Source: Armatimonadota bacterium
Lineage (GTDB): Bacteria > Armatimonadota > HRBIN16
Assembly: GCA_942492855.1 (NCBI GenBank)
Contig: OW818647.1
Coordinates: forward strand, 1,142,264-1,206,263
Length of the DNA: 64,000 nucleotides
Direction of reading: 5' to 3'
Positions 1-10,429 of this stretch are shown in pieces. Below the pieces are notes generated by a model. The model was not told the DNA's origin, made no database searches, and saw nothing but the letters and a program-made list of their open reading frames with translations. Positions within the stretch are counted from its first letter, which is position 1; every line of letters starts with the position of its first letter. Both the position numbers and the translations under genes were made by a program.

Positions 1-791
1 TCATCGCTGCGTATGTGCTGCTGCTTATGTTTGGGTTGGGCTTCATCGCCCGGTACAGTGGCATCAGCCTGATTGGCGCCAAGAAAACACAAGTCGCTTT
101 CACAAAGATCATCGACCAGTCGGGTGACAGCCAGGAGTTATACGAAGAAGCACTCAAGCGATTGGGTGACCGGGCCAGCATTACCAAACAAGAGCAGATA
201 CTGGGTATCCTCACAGAAATGTCCGCCTATCGTGCGGTCAGGATGGTGGCCAGCCAACTGCTCAGCCGACCCGAAGTCGCTAAAGACACGGTCAACCGAA
301 ACATGCTTCTGTCCATCAGGGGCACAGCGTCACTCGAAACCGGTTACCTTAAAGAGGGTTTGTCTGACTTGGAAGCCTACTGGAAGGCGAATTCAAGCAA
401 TGCCATGGCTAAAAACAATCTGGCCTATGCGTTGGTGTTAAACAAAGTGGACCTCGACCGTGCCGAAGGGCTAGCCGCGCAAGCTTATAACAGCAAAAAC
501 ATCCCCAGTTATGCCGATACACTGGGATGGATAGCCATCCACCAGGGGAACTATCACAATGGGCTACAGTTGCTGCTGGACGCTTCAGAAAGCAGCCCCG
601 ATGCTTACGAAGTGAGATACCACACCGGCGTAGCGTATTGGGCCACTGGGGATTTTGAGAAGGCCACCACGGAGTTATTACTGGCCACCCGGCTGTATAA
701 GACGAATCGCCATAAATCAAACCCTGCCTACCAGGCAGTATTGGATCTGGTGAAAGCAAAGACGCCGTTCAAGACAGAGTTGATCCCATAA
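1..791 (+). CDS. TPR-repeat-like protein, C-terminal part (reading frame is open to the window edge; the N-terminus lies outside the window)
   Basis: ORF 15..791 remains open upstream to position 3. The translation shows repeated helical Ala/Leu/Tyr-rich TPR-like units (e.g. AYALVLNKVDLDRAEGLAAQAY, GDFEKATTELLLATRLY). Confidence 0.45.
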   Translation, partial: IAAYVLLLMFGLGFIARYSGISLIGAKKTQVAFTKIIDQSGDSQELYEEALKRLGDRASITKQEQILGILTEMSAYRAVRMVASQLLSRPEVAKDTVNRNMLLSIRGTASLETGYLKEGLSDLEAYWKANSSNAMAKNNLAYALVLNKVDLDRAEGLAAQAYNSKNIPSYADTLGWIAIHQGNYHNGLQLLLDASESSPDAYEVRYHTGVAYWATGDFEKATTELLLATRLYKTNRHKSNPAYQAVLDLVKAKTPFKTELIP

Positions 792-829
792 GGTGAGTCT
801 ATAACCCACAAATTGGATAGTGGTGTTTT

Positions 830-1130
830 GTCGTTATTGATGATGAATGCCTACTCCACCGCGCCCTGAAGGACGGCGGCTTATTACCCGAAAATATCTA
901 CGGAGCCAGCAGTCGCCGATTCCGCGACATAAATGTCTCGGCTATTGAACACCAAGACTGCTGAAGCAGTCTTCATTAACGTTATCTTTGTCGGCAAGGA
1001 GCTCCGCAGCCCGGTTTTGCGGGCTTGTTGATCAGTAGCCGAGACATTTATGTCGCGGTACATGGTCGATACGATCCCAAAGTAAATTTGTGGGTAATAG
1101 ACTGTCCTTCAGGGCGCGGCGGTAGGACGG
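830..1130. repeat. Composite MITE-like intergenic repeat. Outer inverted repeats are CCGCGCCCTGAAGGACGGCGG / CCGTCCTTCAGGGCGCGGCGG. An inner inverted pair is CCGCGACATAAATGTCTCGGCTA / TAGCCGAGACATTTATGTCGCGG, plus the unit TTGTGGGTAATAGACTG.
   Basis: The inverted repeats are visible directly in the sequence. The same subunits recur at about 4540, 13630, 18430, 21790, 31370, 40985-41260 and 43820-43970. Confidence 0.6.
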
Positions 1131-1212
1131 GGTTATAAACTGCCCATGAGGTCTCCTAATACCGCTGTTTAGGGCATCAGATCAGGTATACCTGAAGTAG
1201 GGGTGAGCGAAA

Positions 1213-1710
1213 ATGCCAGACAACAGTTTACTGATAGATGACTTCGGTAGTAAAGACGGGAAGAGTGCGCGCGGATCTGTATGGACATGCATCACCGACC
1301 GCGTGATGGGTGGTGTGAGCAAGGGCTCGATTTCTTTTGAGGAGATCGACGGCAAGCGTTGCCTAAGGATGCAGGGCGATGTCTCGACCAAGAATAACGG
1401 CGGGTTTCTTCAGGCATATCTAGACCTAAAACGCCTGAACGGCAAGGAGTATAAAGGTCTGCGTATTCTGGTGCGTGGCAACAACCAGAAGTATGAGATG
1501 CATTTCCGAACGCCGCAAAACTGGTTCCCATGGCAATACTTCCATATGGAGTTTGAAGCGACCGATAAGTGGACCAGTGTTGACCTGCCATTTGCCAAGT
1601 TTAGCCCGGCACGAATGGATATCAAGAAACTGAACCGTGTGGCATTGGTGGCCATCAAGCGTGACTTCCATGCGGATGTCTCTTTAGCGCGGATCGAGCT
1701 CTACCGGTAG
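1213..1710 (+). CDS. CIA30-domain protein (complex I intermediate-associated protein 30-like)
   Basis: The 165-aa ORF shows typical CIA30 family features (DDFGSKDG...W...DRVMGG.S.G...G.F...). The ATG at 1213 is preceded by GGGGTGAGCGAAA. Confidence 0.6.
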   Translation: MPDNSLLIDDFGSKDGKSARGSVWTCITDRVMGGVSKGSISFEEIDGKRCLRMQGDVSTKNNGGFLQAYLDLKRLNGKEYKGLRILVRGNNQKYEMHFRTPQNWFPWQYFHMEFEATDKWTSVDLPFAKFSPARMDIKKLNRVALVAIKRDFHADVSLARIELYR

Positions 1711-1744
1711 GTGGCTTTGTGTCTGGTCGGGTTGGGAATGGGAT

Positions 1745-2290
1745 GGCCGTTGCCAGACTTCTGCAGAAGTCGGACCTTGGGTTGATGGAATCCGCGGGTG
1801 CTTTTCGTCTGAACCACGGATTACACGGATTAGTGGGATGATACGGATGGAGAGGGAGAGAGTGTGGAACCACAGAGGGCACAAAGGAACACCGAGGGGC
1901 GGTAACAGAGTGCTTCTCCCATCCGAACCTATCCGTGTCATCCGTGTAATCCGTGGTTCAGACAAAATCCCGGCGCGGTCCATGGGTTGCACACCATAGC
2001 GTAATCGACCGGCCCGGTTTTCCCTTTCCGGGCCGGTCTTTCGGTAAGCTCCGATCGAAGGTGCGGGGCCACGAAAATGCAGGCTATCCGCCAGACCGCG
2101 CCGGAGACGGGCTGCATAGCGGTTGTGAGCGTACTAAGAAACCGGCGCGGTCAAATACCCATGCGACTTATGCGCCTATGCGCCTTTGCATTGTGTTATT
2201 CGGTATCCGTGTCCATCTGTGTCATCTGTGGATGGTTCCTCCCTCTCCGCGTCTCCGCGTGAGACACACCCACAGGAGCCCACACCCCAG
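1745..2290. repeat. Composite intergenic repeat cluster. It contains an inverted pair GTCTGAACCACGGATTACACGGAT / ATCCGTGTAATCCGTGGTTCAGAC, the units GGCTATCCGCCAGACCGCGCCGG and GAGCGTACTAAGAAACCGGCGCGGTCA, and TCTGTGTCATCTGTGGA.
   Basis: The same modules recur in a permuted order upstream of gyrA (18600-18870) and in fragments at 13500-13600 and 21700-21790. Confidence 0.6.
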
Positions 2291-2292
2291 CG

Positions 2293-4047
2293 CTATATCC
2301 GCTCTGGGGTTCCCTTGCGCAGCTTCAACTTGTTGCCCTTCATGGTCAGCTCACGCGCGGGGGTGGCCGCTAACTCCACCGCGGCGGTGACGTCGCGCCG
2401 CTGGTCGCTCATCTCGTTATCGGAAATTGTGATCTGCTTGCATCGGGCAAGCCGGATCAGGGCCGCACGCCGGATGGTGGGTTTCTGCAGTGCGGTGCGG
2501 ATGGTGTTCTTGCGGATGGTCACTTTGGCGCACGCCTGCAGCGAGATCGCACAGCCGGGATAGTCGGTGAACGAGTTGCCCTCAATCAATATGTTGGTGG
2601 CGTAAGGTGTGACTGTGGGTGCGTATTTCGAGTCGATGGAGCCGATCTCAATCGCACCACTCTGTGGCGAGTTGCTATAGAACCGCCCCTTGCCCGTGCC
2701 GATGATCTTGTTGTTTCGGATGACCAGGTTGTTGGGGATGGGGCCTTCTGGCCAGCCCGGGTCGTTGTGGATGACGAGTGCCGTGCCGTTGGTGTCATTG
2801 ATGATGCAGTTCTCCACTATGCCGTTGCAGCCTTTCAGGTTAGCCGCGAACCGCCGATGCCCCTTCATGCTGCATCCAGTGATCTTATAGCCACTGCCGC
2901 TGGCGGACAGGTTGTAAAGCGTGTCGGCCTTTTGGTGGGTATCGCCGACCACCACGCCGTTGATGGGTGTGTCGAGGGTGATGGTGAGCTGCCCTGGCTG
3001 CTGATCCAGCTTGGTGACCCGCCCCTGACCGCGAACGACACCTTCGATACCGCTGAACACCTGCACCAGATCGCCCTGCTTCATGTTGCTCCAGCCCATT
3101 TTGAAGCGCAGTTGGTCAGGCGCGGGCTGCTCCGACACCACATACGCGGGGCAGTAGATGTTGATAGCGTCGTCGGCCATGCCCTCAAAGTGGCAGTTGC
3201 GGATGAGCGGACCCACGCGGTTGCTCTGGCAGTGGATGCCATCGGAGCAGGTGGTCAGCAGACGATTTGTGCCGGGGCGAATCTTCACGCGAAGATTTTC
3301 AATCAGCGTCTGGTCTTTCGCACCGACCAACGCCACGTTCAGGCTGCTGTAGCTGTAGATGAGTATGTTGCGGAACACCACTTTGCTGCTGTCGATGGCG
3401 TGCAGAACGCTCAATCCCAACCGGGCCAGCATCACATACAGGTCGCCGGCCACCACATTGTCCAGCACCCACCGGTTTTCGGGTGTGGTGTCCAGTTGCC
3501 AGTCCTGGCCACCCAGGTGGGTATATTTAACCACGGGGTAGTAGTCACCCGCGGAGTTCTTCGGGTTGCGTGTTTTGGGGTCCATCACCATGCCCCAGTT
3601 TTGGTAGGGCGGTTTGGCCTCTGCATACCACGGCTTATTGAAGTCCGGGTAGCCCTCATCCAGCCGGAGGTGCATGTTGCCCTCTTTGGCGTTGACCTTG
3701 GTGATCACACCCTGGCTGAAGGGCAGGGGGTCGCAGTCGAAAATCAGGTCTTTCACGGTGATGTTCTGGCAGTTCTGCAGCAGGATGCCCCAGTCACGCG
3801 GATCGGTGAAGATCAGCTCCGACTTGCCAGGCACGCCCTGCAGGGTGACATCTTTCATGCCATTCATCGTAAGGGTGTTTAGGTGGTTGGAACTGGGCTC
3901 GCAGTTCAGCAGATACCGGCCGGCCGGTACCTGGATGATCGTGGGAGTGCCAAGCTGCTTGGCTTTAGCCGCAGCGGCGCGCAGAGCGGGGCCTGCATCC
4001 GTGTTTGGTTGTGCACCGAAATCTGTGATCTTCAGAATAGTAGGCAT
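2293..4047 (-). CDS. Pectate-lyase-superfamily right-handed beta-helix protein. The N-terminus has the DFGA...G.Y motif and the body has parallel beta-helix repeats. It is a paralog of the N-terminal half of 60849..63644.
   Basis: The ORF track gives 2293..4104. I place the start at the internal ATG (MPTILKITDFGAQ) because AAGGA lies 7 nt upstream. The motif NCHFEGMADDAINI matches RCSFEGMADDAINV in the 931-aa paralog. Confidence 0.6.
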   Translation of the reverse strand: MPTILKITDFGAQPNTDAGPALRAAAAKAKQLGTPTIIQVPAGRYLLNCEPSSNHLNTLTMNGMKDVTLQGVPGKSELIFTDPRDWGILLQNCQNITVKDLIFDCDPLPFSQGVITKVNAKEGNMHLRLDEGYPDFNKPWYAEAKPPYQNWGMVMDPKTRNPKNSAGDYYPVVKYTHLGGQDWQLDTTPENRWVLDNVVAGDLYVMLARLGLSVLHAIDSSKVVFRNILIYSYSSLNVALVGAKDQTLIENLRVKIRPGTNRLLTTCSDGIHCQSNRVGPLIRNCHFEGMADDAINIYCPAYVVSEQPAPDQLRFKMGWSNMKQGDLVQVFSGIEGVVRGQGRVTKLDQQPGQLTITLDTPINGVVVGDTHQKADTLYNLSASGSGYKITGCSMKGHRRFAANLKGCNGIVENCIINDTNGTALVIHNDPGWPEGPIPNNLVIRNNKIIGTGKGRFYSNSPQSGAIEIGSIDSKYAPTVTPYATNILIEGNSFTDYPGCAISLQACAKVTIRKNTIRTALQKPTIRRAALIRLARCKQITISDNEMSDQRRDVTAAVELAATPARELTMKGNKLKLRKGTPERI

Positions 4048-4611
4048 GGCACCATCCTTTGGGTGGGTTGTGATTACCTGTATGATAGCAGAACGGCAGG
4101 TCAAGGGGTAGTTGGCGGTTATGTGGTGGAGGATTCATCCACAGATTATGCCGATGTCACAGACGAGGTGATGACCGGCTTTACTACCGATGACACGAAA
4201 CCACACCACCCCGCAAAAGGAGAACCGGCGTGGAGGGTCCGTGGGGCCCGGCGTGCATTAGGGTAGTCAATTGCCCACAGGTTGGATCACCGGGATATAG
4301 CGTTGTATAACGATGTATACCGGCCCTACCACGCGCTCAAGCACGTGGCTATTGACAGGCCAAGCCTGCTGAAGCAGGCTGCAGGGCTTCGCCCTGTTAG
4401 TGAAGCTGGCGCATGTAGCCATATGCAACGATATTAAAACTAACACCCGGAACTGATGGTACGGCGCGGTGTTCCGTAGGCCGCTTTAGCGGTCTTTTTT
4501 GTCAATAGCCATGTGCTTTAGCGCGTGGCGGTGCTTCAGATATATTTGTGGGTAATAGACTGGTGCATTAGGGCAAGGTATATGCGCAAATCGCCCCTCC
4601 TGACTCCTCCT

Positions 4612-5697
4612 CTACCCCCGCCCGCGAATCACCTCAGCGCAGTCGCGCGCAATGGAGGGCGTTCCGCCCATCTGCTCCGCCACAGCGGCGATGCGCTCGC
4701 ACTCCTCGATGGCCAACTGAGCATTCAGCTTGCGGGGTTCGCCGCCGAACAGCCGCTGAATATTGCCCCGCAATATCTTTTCGACTACCTCATCGGGTAG
4801 TTTCAAGCCGTGCATATTGCCGCTGCCGGTTTCGCCCAGCAGATAATCTGCTTCGGCGGGCACACCATACTGGTCATCGGTGGTCAGCCAGCGGGTTACG
4901 ATCTCCGAGCGGGCTCCCGCACCCGGCACATCCTGATCGGCCATGATGTCGGTGCCGAACACAATACGGTCGCTATACTTGATAAAGAACTCCCGTGCCT
5001 CCTGGTGTTTAAGGGACATGACGGTGTACATCTCGATGCCCGGGGTGAGGTCAAAATGCACGCCAGGGTAGGTGTCGAACAGCTCAGCGGCTTCCGGCAA
5101 GTGCTTAGACATAAAGAAGAAGTGCGCGAAGATCACCTTCAACTTCGGATGGCGCTTCAGCACGTTGGCCACCTCGGCATACACCATCTCAGGCGTGACG
5201 TCGGTGGGATGGTATCCCCAATCGTTCGCCTTCGCCCAGTCGGGGGTGGTGTCGGGGTTCCAGAACTCGTCGGGGTCGGCCACATGCCATACCATCGGCA
5301 GTCCAAGCTCTTCGATCCGCGCGAACATGGCGTCATAGTAGTCGCTGTCAATCGGTATGTCCAGCACGCGACGCTCGGTCGGCTTTGTCTCCAGAAGCTT
5401 CATCCCGTCGGCACCAATCGCCACCATGCGGTCTACCTGCTCCACCAGCGTGGGCGTGCTGACGGTGCCGCCGCTTAAGTAGGCACTGTGATCCAGCCCT
5501 GCACCGACATAGCACCAGTCGGGGTATGACGCTTTGGCCGCATAGCAGGCGGGGTTGTTGTTGACTTCCTTCTTATTGAAGACCGAAATCACCGTCATAT
5601 GCGAGGCGTTAAGCCTTTCGCGAATTAGCGGCATGTTGGGGATATCCGCTGCAGTGATGATATGCACATGGCCGTCGATGGGTTGAATATGTGTCAT
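4612..5697 (-). CDS. Amidohydrolase-2 family metal-dependent hydrolase (TIM-barrel)
   Basis: N-terminal IDGHVHI metal-binding motif, a 361-aa ORF of typical amidohydrolase length, and conserved His/Asp residues. Confidence 0.6.
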   Translation of the reverse strand: MTHIQPIDGHVHIITAADIPNMPLIRERLNASHMTVISVFNKKEVNNNPACYAAKASYPDWCYVGAGLDHSAYLSGGTVSTPTLVEQVDRMVAIGADGMKLLETKPTERRVLDIPIDSDYYDAMFARIEELGLPMVWHVADPDEFWNPDTTPDWAKANDWGYHPTDVTPEMVYAEVANVLKRHPKLKVIFAHFFFMSKHLPEAAELFDTYPGVHFDLTPGIEMYTVMSLKHQEAREFFIKYSDRIVFGTDIMADQDVPGAGARSEIVTRWLTTDDQYGVPAEADYLLGETGSGNMHGLKLPDEVVEKILRGNIQRLFGGEPRKLNAQLAIEECERIAAVAEQMGGTPSIARDCAEVIRGRG

Positions 5698-5732
5698 GGG
5701 AGACCTCCGATTTGATCGCGCTCTGCTCTATT

Positions 5733-6821
5733 CTACCTCACCAGGATATCAGGCCGGGCGATCGACTGCGTGGCACACATCGGCCAGCCTGCGATGGCAC
5801 TGATCACCTTCGGGCCATCCGAGGTGATGACTACGGTATCTTCGCTCTTGGTACCCGCGATGGAGGGGTTCCAGGCGTAGACCTGCCCTGTCTTGACCTC
5901 CCCGGCTACTGAAAGGCTGCCGCGGAATTCGCGCGCCTTATACCCGGTGGGGCCGCCCTGATGGTGATGATGCCATTCCCCTTCGAAACCCGCCTGCTTG
6001 TAGGCATCGATGCCAGCTTCAAACACCGATGCGATGGGCGTACCGGCTGTGGTGTGCGATATGAAGGCAGCGTCAACCTCCGCCACCGCGTCATGCCTGT
6101 GGCGCAGCTCCGCTGGTAAGGCGCCGAAGTGTACCAGCCGTGTCATGGAGACCACCAGTCCCCACTTACGTGCGCCGGTGACCAGCATCACCAGCTTCTC
6201 AACACGCTTTTCCGACGGGATGGGATGGCGGTATTTCGCGATGCGCTCATCAGAGGCGATCAGGCTGACCTGCGGCACGATCCCATGGTTGAGCAGTTCG
6301 CGGTTGAGCAGTGAAGCGATCTGGTGCTCGCTCATGCCGGGTTTCACGGCCAGGCAGGCGGTGTTCATGCTCTCGGCCGTCATGCGGCCAAGCTGATGGT
6401 AGCGCACGATCTCCTGCCCGCACAGCACCATCCGGAGGGGCATGAGCTGCGGCTCTAGGCTGGTCTTGCCGAACTGCCCTGTGTCGCTACCCCACTCTGC
6501 GCTGCCCACGAATTGGTCTATGGCAGTCGGCAGGGAGGCTTCCCACCAGTTCAGGCTGATCACTGGGCAGTCCAGCTCCTGCAGCTCCTCATCAAGAATG
6601 CGAGGCGCTTCGATGTTTTCGCACATCACCGCGCAGCGATCGGCGGTCACCACAAGATGCGCCACGCCCGCCTCGGTGGCGATGGAGACGTAGCTGCTGC
6701 CTCCGCAGGTGGCCCAGGCGAAGTTGGCCTGCGAGCTGATCACCAGCCCGTCCAGCTTCTGCTGCTCCAGGATGCTGCGCAGTTGCGACAGCTTCGTGTT
6801 GAATTCATGTTTACGGCTCAT
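5733..6821 (-). CDS. M24-family metallopeptidase (creatinase/Xaa-Pro aminopeptidase-like)
   Basis: Creatinase_N-like N-terminus with the pita-bread fold. Metal ligands are visible in the C-terminal half (HxxGH, E...E). Confidence 0.65.
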   Translation of the reverse strand: MSRKHEFNTKLSQLRSILEQQKLDGLVISSQANFAWATCGGSSYVSIATEAGVAHLVVTADRCAVMCENIEAPRILDEELQELDCPVISLNWWEASLPTAIDQFVGSAEWGSDTGQFGKTSLEPQLMPLRMVLCGQEIVRYHQLGRMTAESMNTACLAVKPGMSEHQIASLLNRELLNHGIVPQVSLIASDERIAKYRHPIPSEKRVEKLVMLVTGARKWGLVVSMTRLVHFGALPAELRHRHDAVAEVDAAFISHTTAGTPIASVFEAGIDAYKQAGFEGEWHHHHQGGPTGYKAREFRGSLSVAGEVKTGQVYAWNPSIAGTKSEDTVVITSDGPKVISAIAGWPMCATQSIARPDILVR

Positions 6822-6849
6822 GAGTTACTCCTTTATGGGACTTGAGCTA

Positions 6850-7300
6850 GTATCCGACGGATTCGACGGATCGGACCGATGATTGGTCTCGTCCTGCGAA
6901 CTTGGTTAGTAATTGGTGCCGGCGTAGGGGCCACCCTTGTGGTGGCCCTTGGGCAACCGGTCGGTCGCCCCCGAACAGGCGCCCACAAGGGGCGCCCCGG
7001 CTTACAAGCAACTGCCCGTGCTGACACAGCAGCCCAGGCTGTGACTGATACTGTCGTAGGGGCCACCCTTGTGGTGGCCCTTTTGGAAACGGGCAACCAC
7101 GGGGGGTTGCCCCTACCACAACGGGTCATATATACGGACGCACGTAGGGGCAAGCCCCCGTGCTTGCCCTTGGGCGCCCACAAGGGTGGCCCCTACGACC
7201 AACTACAATCACTCCACTCCCTGAACGCGGAAAACAACCCGGACGTCCAGGCTGTCTGGGTTGATGTCCCGCATAAACCCTTCTTCATCCTGCGGGTTTG
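6850..7300. repeat. Array of at least 4 GTAGGGGC-x-GCCCCTAC palindromic units (e.g. GTAGGGGCCACCCTTGTGGTGGCCC, GGGCAACCACGGGGGGTTGCCCCTAC)
   Basis: Palindromic 26-30-bp units are seen directly. The same family occurs at 13430-13510, 18365-18395, 27540-27660, 37720-37750 and 50280-50370. Confidence 0.65.
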
Positions 7301-7356
7301 CTAGACCCAAAACCGTCCGATCCGTCCAACAACAGCCACTTACCCGAATACCCAGC

Positions 7357-8394
7357 CTAGCCCATCGCCTGGCGGGCGAGTTTGAGGGCTGAGGCGAATA
7401 TCGAGGCGGTGGCGTCTGGCGATGTGGTGTATCCCTGCCCGCCGGTTCCTTGCCGCATGACGGCGATCTCCACGTCGCCCTCTTTCTTCAGCTCCACAAG
7501 CACATCACCGAAGCGCGGGATTTTGGCCTCTTTTTGGGTGTTCTTATCCTTGAGGCTTGTCAGTAGTCCGGCGAAGAGCCCTGAATCGGCCTTAGTCAAC
7601 AGCGGGCGGATGCGATTCACCAACCCAAATGAGGGCTTCGCGATGAGCACACAGTAGGTGTACGGGTATTTGGTGCTCTGCACCGTGTTCATGGTGGTTT
7701 GAACCTGGATGCCGTAGAAGTCCTCGGGTGCTGCCGTCAACTTCACCATCATCTTCACATCCACCGGCACGGAGCCGTTGGCGGTCTGCGCAACCTGGAT
7801 GCTGGGCTGGAAGGTGACATCCTTGATATCAGCCATCATGTCATATAGCGGCATGAGCTGGTTGATTTTCGTGCGCATCTCCACCGGCTCCCAGCTTTTC
7901 ACCACACCACTGATCCAGAGCGGCAGCAGCAGAGTCACCGCATCCATCACGAACAGAGTGCTCAGTGAGCCGCCCGCCATGATGGGCACCATCGGCGAGG
8001 GGTTGAAGTTATCTGAGCCCGAATTCATGAGGTTCGCGGCTGCGAACGCCAGCAGTATGATGATGCCGATGAACATCAAACAACCACCCGCTGAGCTCAG
8101 CGAAAACATACCCGCCGCTTTCTTCACATCGGTGCTTTCGCGCAGCATGGCAAGAAGTCCGTTGAACTCGTTGATGGTCACACTTTTCCATTCGCGGTCA
8201 CGGGTGAACTTGGGCACGTTGGAGCGGCCCTTTAGCATGCCCAGCAGTGCGGCGGCCAGCACCCCCACCCAGCCGATAATCGGCGCGATTGTGAACTGGA
8301 CGATGATGCCCACCACTGCGCATATCACCATCAATGCATATCGTGTCTGGATGGGCATCGAGTTGGCAATGACGAATTCAGGCGATTTGTTCAT
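7357..8394 (-). CDS. Polytopic membrane protein (about 5 N-terminal TM helices plus a soluble C-terminal domain). Function unknown. It is the last gene of the (ACHS)n/rSAM locus.
   Basis: The 345-aa ORF has hydrophobic segments. It lies immediately downstream of the IS-truncated rSAM gene on the same strand. Confidence 0.55.
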   Translation of the reverse strand: MNKSPEFVIANSMPIQTRYALMVICAVVGIIVQFTIAPIIGWVGVLAAALLGMLKGRSNVPKFTRDREWKSVTINEFNGLLAMLRESTDVKKAAGMFSLSSAGGCLMFIGIIILLAFAAANLMNSGSDNFNPSPMVPIMAGGSLSTLFVMDAVTLLLPLWISGVVKSWEPVEMRTKINQLMPLYDMMADIKDVTFQPSIQVAQTANGSVPVDVKMMVKLTAAPEDFYGIQVQTTMNTVQSTKYPYTYCVLIAKPSFGLVNRIRPLLTKADSGLFAGLLTSLKDKNTQKEAKIPRFGDVLVELKKEGDVEIAVMRQGTGGQGYTTSPDATASIFASALKLARQAMG

Positions 8395-8572
8395 GCTTTT
8401 CCCCCCGTTTTTGAAGGCTGGTCAGCTCCTGGTAACCCATCGCCTGCCAGTAGATCGGGCAGGCACCTGTGCAGATATCAAACTGTGCACAGGCTTTACA
8501 GATTTTGTGTGCATAGCGTTTGTCACGCCAATAGCGTGCCTGAACTTTGGCTATTTCATCGCATACAGCCAC
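8378..8572 (-). pseudogene. 3' remnant of the IS-disrupted radical SAM gene. It encodes the SPASM C-terminal motif C-x2-C-x5-C-x3-C (CKACAQFDICTGAC). The first 11 codons are read out of the IS end.
   Basis: The 64-aa ORF contains ARYWRDKRYAHKICKACAQFDICTGACP. The ARYWRD stretch is identical to the last residues (RARYWRD*) of the rSAM ORF 10430..11722. Confidence 0.7.
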
Positions 8573-9234
8573 GCAGGATATTGGTGAATTTCGGAGTTTT
8601 GACGGCTTCGTGTTTTGGAATTTGACATAGGATGTATCGACGCTTGTAGCCTTGACACGACATCCCCATAGTCACGCTCATTCGGCGAGTCAATTACCTC
8701 TTGCCTCATAAACATAGCCAATCGATTAGTCGATAACCTGCCATCAATCGTTCGACGCTGCCACTTAGGCCTGGGCAGCTCCTCATCCTTCACACCAGAA
8801 ATTATCGCAGCGAGATGCATTAAACTATATACCCATACCAGAAACGGAATGACATTGCAGACTGAGTTCTCACACCATACCTGCGGATCACCGATACCAA
8901 AGTAGCTTTTCTCCTCACGAAACGCCACCTCCTGCTCCCACCTCCAGATATATAACTGCACAACCTGTTCAATTGGCATATCTGGATCAGAACACAGGAC
9001 GTAAGCCGGGTTTCGATATAGTATCCTTCCGTTCTTCCTGAGTCTATATGGTGTTGGTGCAACCACGATCAGTCTGAAATCTTGAGCTCCTACCCCTCTC
9101 CATCTCACTCGGTCGACGGTCTTGATCCTCACAACGTGGAATTTGCCAGACGAGTAAACGCATATGTGTTCCCATTCATATGAATCGTCCTGTCGTATCA
9201 GGTCAGGCTTGGGGTACAGGGTCTCCATATACAC
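8551..9234 (-). CDS. DDE transposase, C-terminal ORF (carries the Y(2)R(3)E(6)K motif). It overlaps the N-terminal ORF in another frame, so the transposase is probably frameshift-inactivated.
   Basis: 227-aa ORF. The YIWRWEQEVAFREEK motif is typical of IS4-superfamily transposases. Confidence 0.6.
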   Translation of the reverse strand: MYMETLYPKPDLIRQDDSYEWEHICVYSSGKFHVVRIKTVDRVRWRGVGAQDFRLIVVAPTPYRLRKNGRILYRNPAYVLCSDPDMPIEQVVQLYIWRWEQEVAFREEKSYFGIGDPQVWCENSVCNVIPFLVWVYSLMHLAAIISGVKDEELPRPKWQRRTIDGRLSTNRLAMFMRQEVIDSPNERDYGDVVSRLQASIHPMSNSKTRSRQNSEIHQYPAWLYAMK

Positions 9235-10009
9235 GTCGCTTTCCAGTTTTTGGCTGCTTGTCTGGCAGTTTCGTCAACTTGGCATCACGACGTAACCGTC
9301 CAATGATCGTGGTGTTCTCCGGGATTTTAGTCAACATGGTCTTGTTCATGTAACCTCCATCTACCGTTAACACAAGCCGCCTGTGCCTTGAGTTTGGGTC
9401 CTCATCCATTCTTTCGCGTAGCTCCTTCATGGCGTCAGCCCCCACCTTGGTAACCCGGCAGGCCTTCTGGTCCGTCTTGTATTGGCTGCGCTGCTCGTCA
9501 GTCGCTTTCGGACCTGGCTTCTTGGGAGTAGGTGCGTGCAGCATGTTAATAGGGATAGCAGTGGCCCGGCTATGATATCCGTTGAAGGGGACAAGAGCTG
9601 ATAACTGAACACAACGCTGACCATGTATGAAGTTCGGGCGGTATTTTGGCCCTTGAGGGTCTCTACGTAAGGAGACGCCATGCCCCTTTGTCCCTTTGCG
9701 CGGGATTATCGTATCATCCATCGCGACAACAAACGGCATGTTCTCTGGAGTGAGGCTGATCGCTTGCTGTAAAACGGTGTCCCAGCACTGGGACACCGAG
9801 ATACGGTTTTGTTCAAAGATGCGGTAATACGCTGACCAGTCTTTGTCAGCCTGACCAGCTGTCTGGATGATCCCTGTGATTGTGTGTCTTCCGACGGTTG
9901 CCGTGGCCGCCAGAGCGATCTGCTGGGACTTTTCATAGGTTCGCTGTTGGTTAAACGCATCGCGTGCCAGTTCATAGAGAAGCATAAATGCAGGCAATAC
10001 TTTGCTCAT
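9203..10009 (-). CDS. DDE transposase, N-terminal ORF (DDE_Tnp_1-like; VVAMDDT and LTVDGGY Asp motifs)
   Basis: 268-aa ORF that overlaps the 8551..9234 ORF by 32 nt. Confidence 0.6.
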   Translation of the reverse strand: MSKVLPAFMLLYELARDAFNQQRTYEKSQQIALAATATVGRHTITGIIQTAGQADKDWSAYYRIFEQNRISVSQCWDTVLQQAISLTPENMPFVVAMDDTIIPRKGTKGHGVSLRRDPQGPKYRPNFIHGQRCVQLSALVPFNGYHSRATAIPINMLHAPTPKKPGPKATDEQRSQYKTDQKACRVTKVGADAMKELRERMDEDPNSRHRRLVLTVDGGYMNKTMLTKIPENTTIIGRLRRDAKLTKLPDKQPKTGKRRVYGDPVPQA

Positions 10010-10197
10010 CGCTCTTCATCCTCCGAAATGACAGCATTCGACCTGACCATCATCATGATGTTTTTGTCAATGATCACCCACTCCACGACTTCACCCTTTT
10101 GTAGCTCGATGGCATCAGCGACTGTGGCGGGGAAGTTGACATACCATTGGTGACGGCCTTTGTAGTTGATGTGCTGCACTCTCGTTTTGGCTCCCAT
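10006..10197 (-). CDS. Small AbrB/MazE-like putative DNA-binding protein carried inside the IS, upstream of the transposase
   Basis: The 63-aa ORF contains KGRHQWYVNFPATVADAIELQKGEVVEW, which resembles the looped-hinge-helix motif. It lies within the IS boundaries next to an AT-rich promoter-like stretch at 10200-10330. Confidence 0.3.
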   Translation of the reverse strand: MGAKTRVQHINYKGRHQWYVNFPATVADAIELQKGEVVEWVIIDKNIMMMVRSNAVISEDEER

Positions 10198-10429
10198 ATG
10201 GTTCCCTCCAATCTAGTTATCACTTATGAAATATCATACATTACAATAGATAATCAATAGCTTTATGGATAATATTCTGACGTTTGTGTGATATTTCAAA
10301 GATATGCTGTTACTAATAGAAATAACAGCTGGCGCGCTGGGCATACATCATGGGGTCGGTGTGTTTTCGAGTGGAGTGAAACGGTAGACTACAAGGTCGC
10401 TAGTGTGGAAACATTCAAAAGGCCAAAGC

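Noticed and set aside
2767-3882. A 371-aa ORF on the plus strand (and many other track ORFs such as 4810..5478, 10403..10909, 29406..30425, 38328..39068, 45238..46584, 48784..49428, 58546..59985)
   Set aside because: These lie antisense to, or out of frame within, well-supported genes. Their translations have the Ala/Arg/Gly/His-rich composition typical of spurious ORFs in GC-rich DNA. None shows recognisable motifs.
6850-7300. CRISPR array suggested by the repeated GTAGGGGC palindromes
   Set aside because: The units are palindromic and differ from each other. They are irregularly spaced, with no unique spacers of constant length and no cas genes. They behave like REP/MITE-type interspersed repeats.
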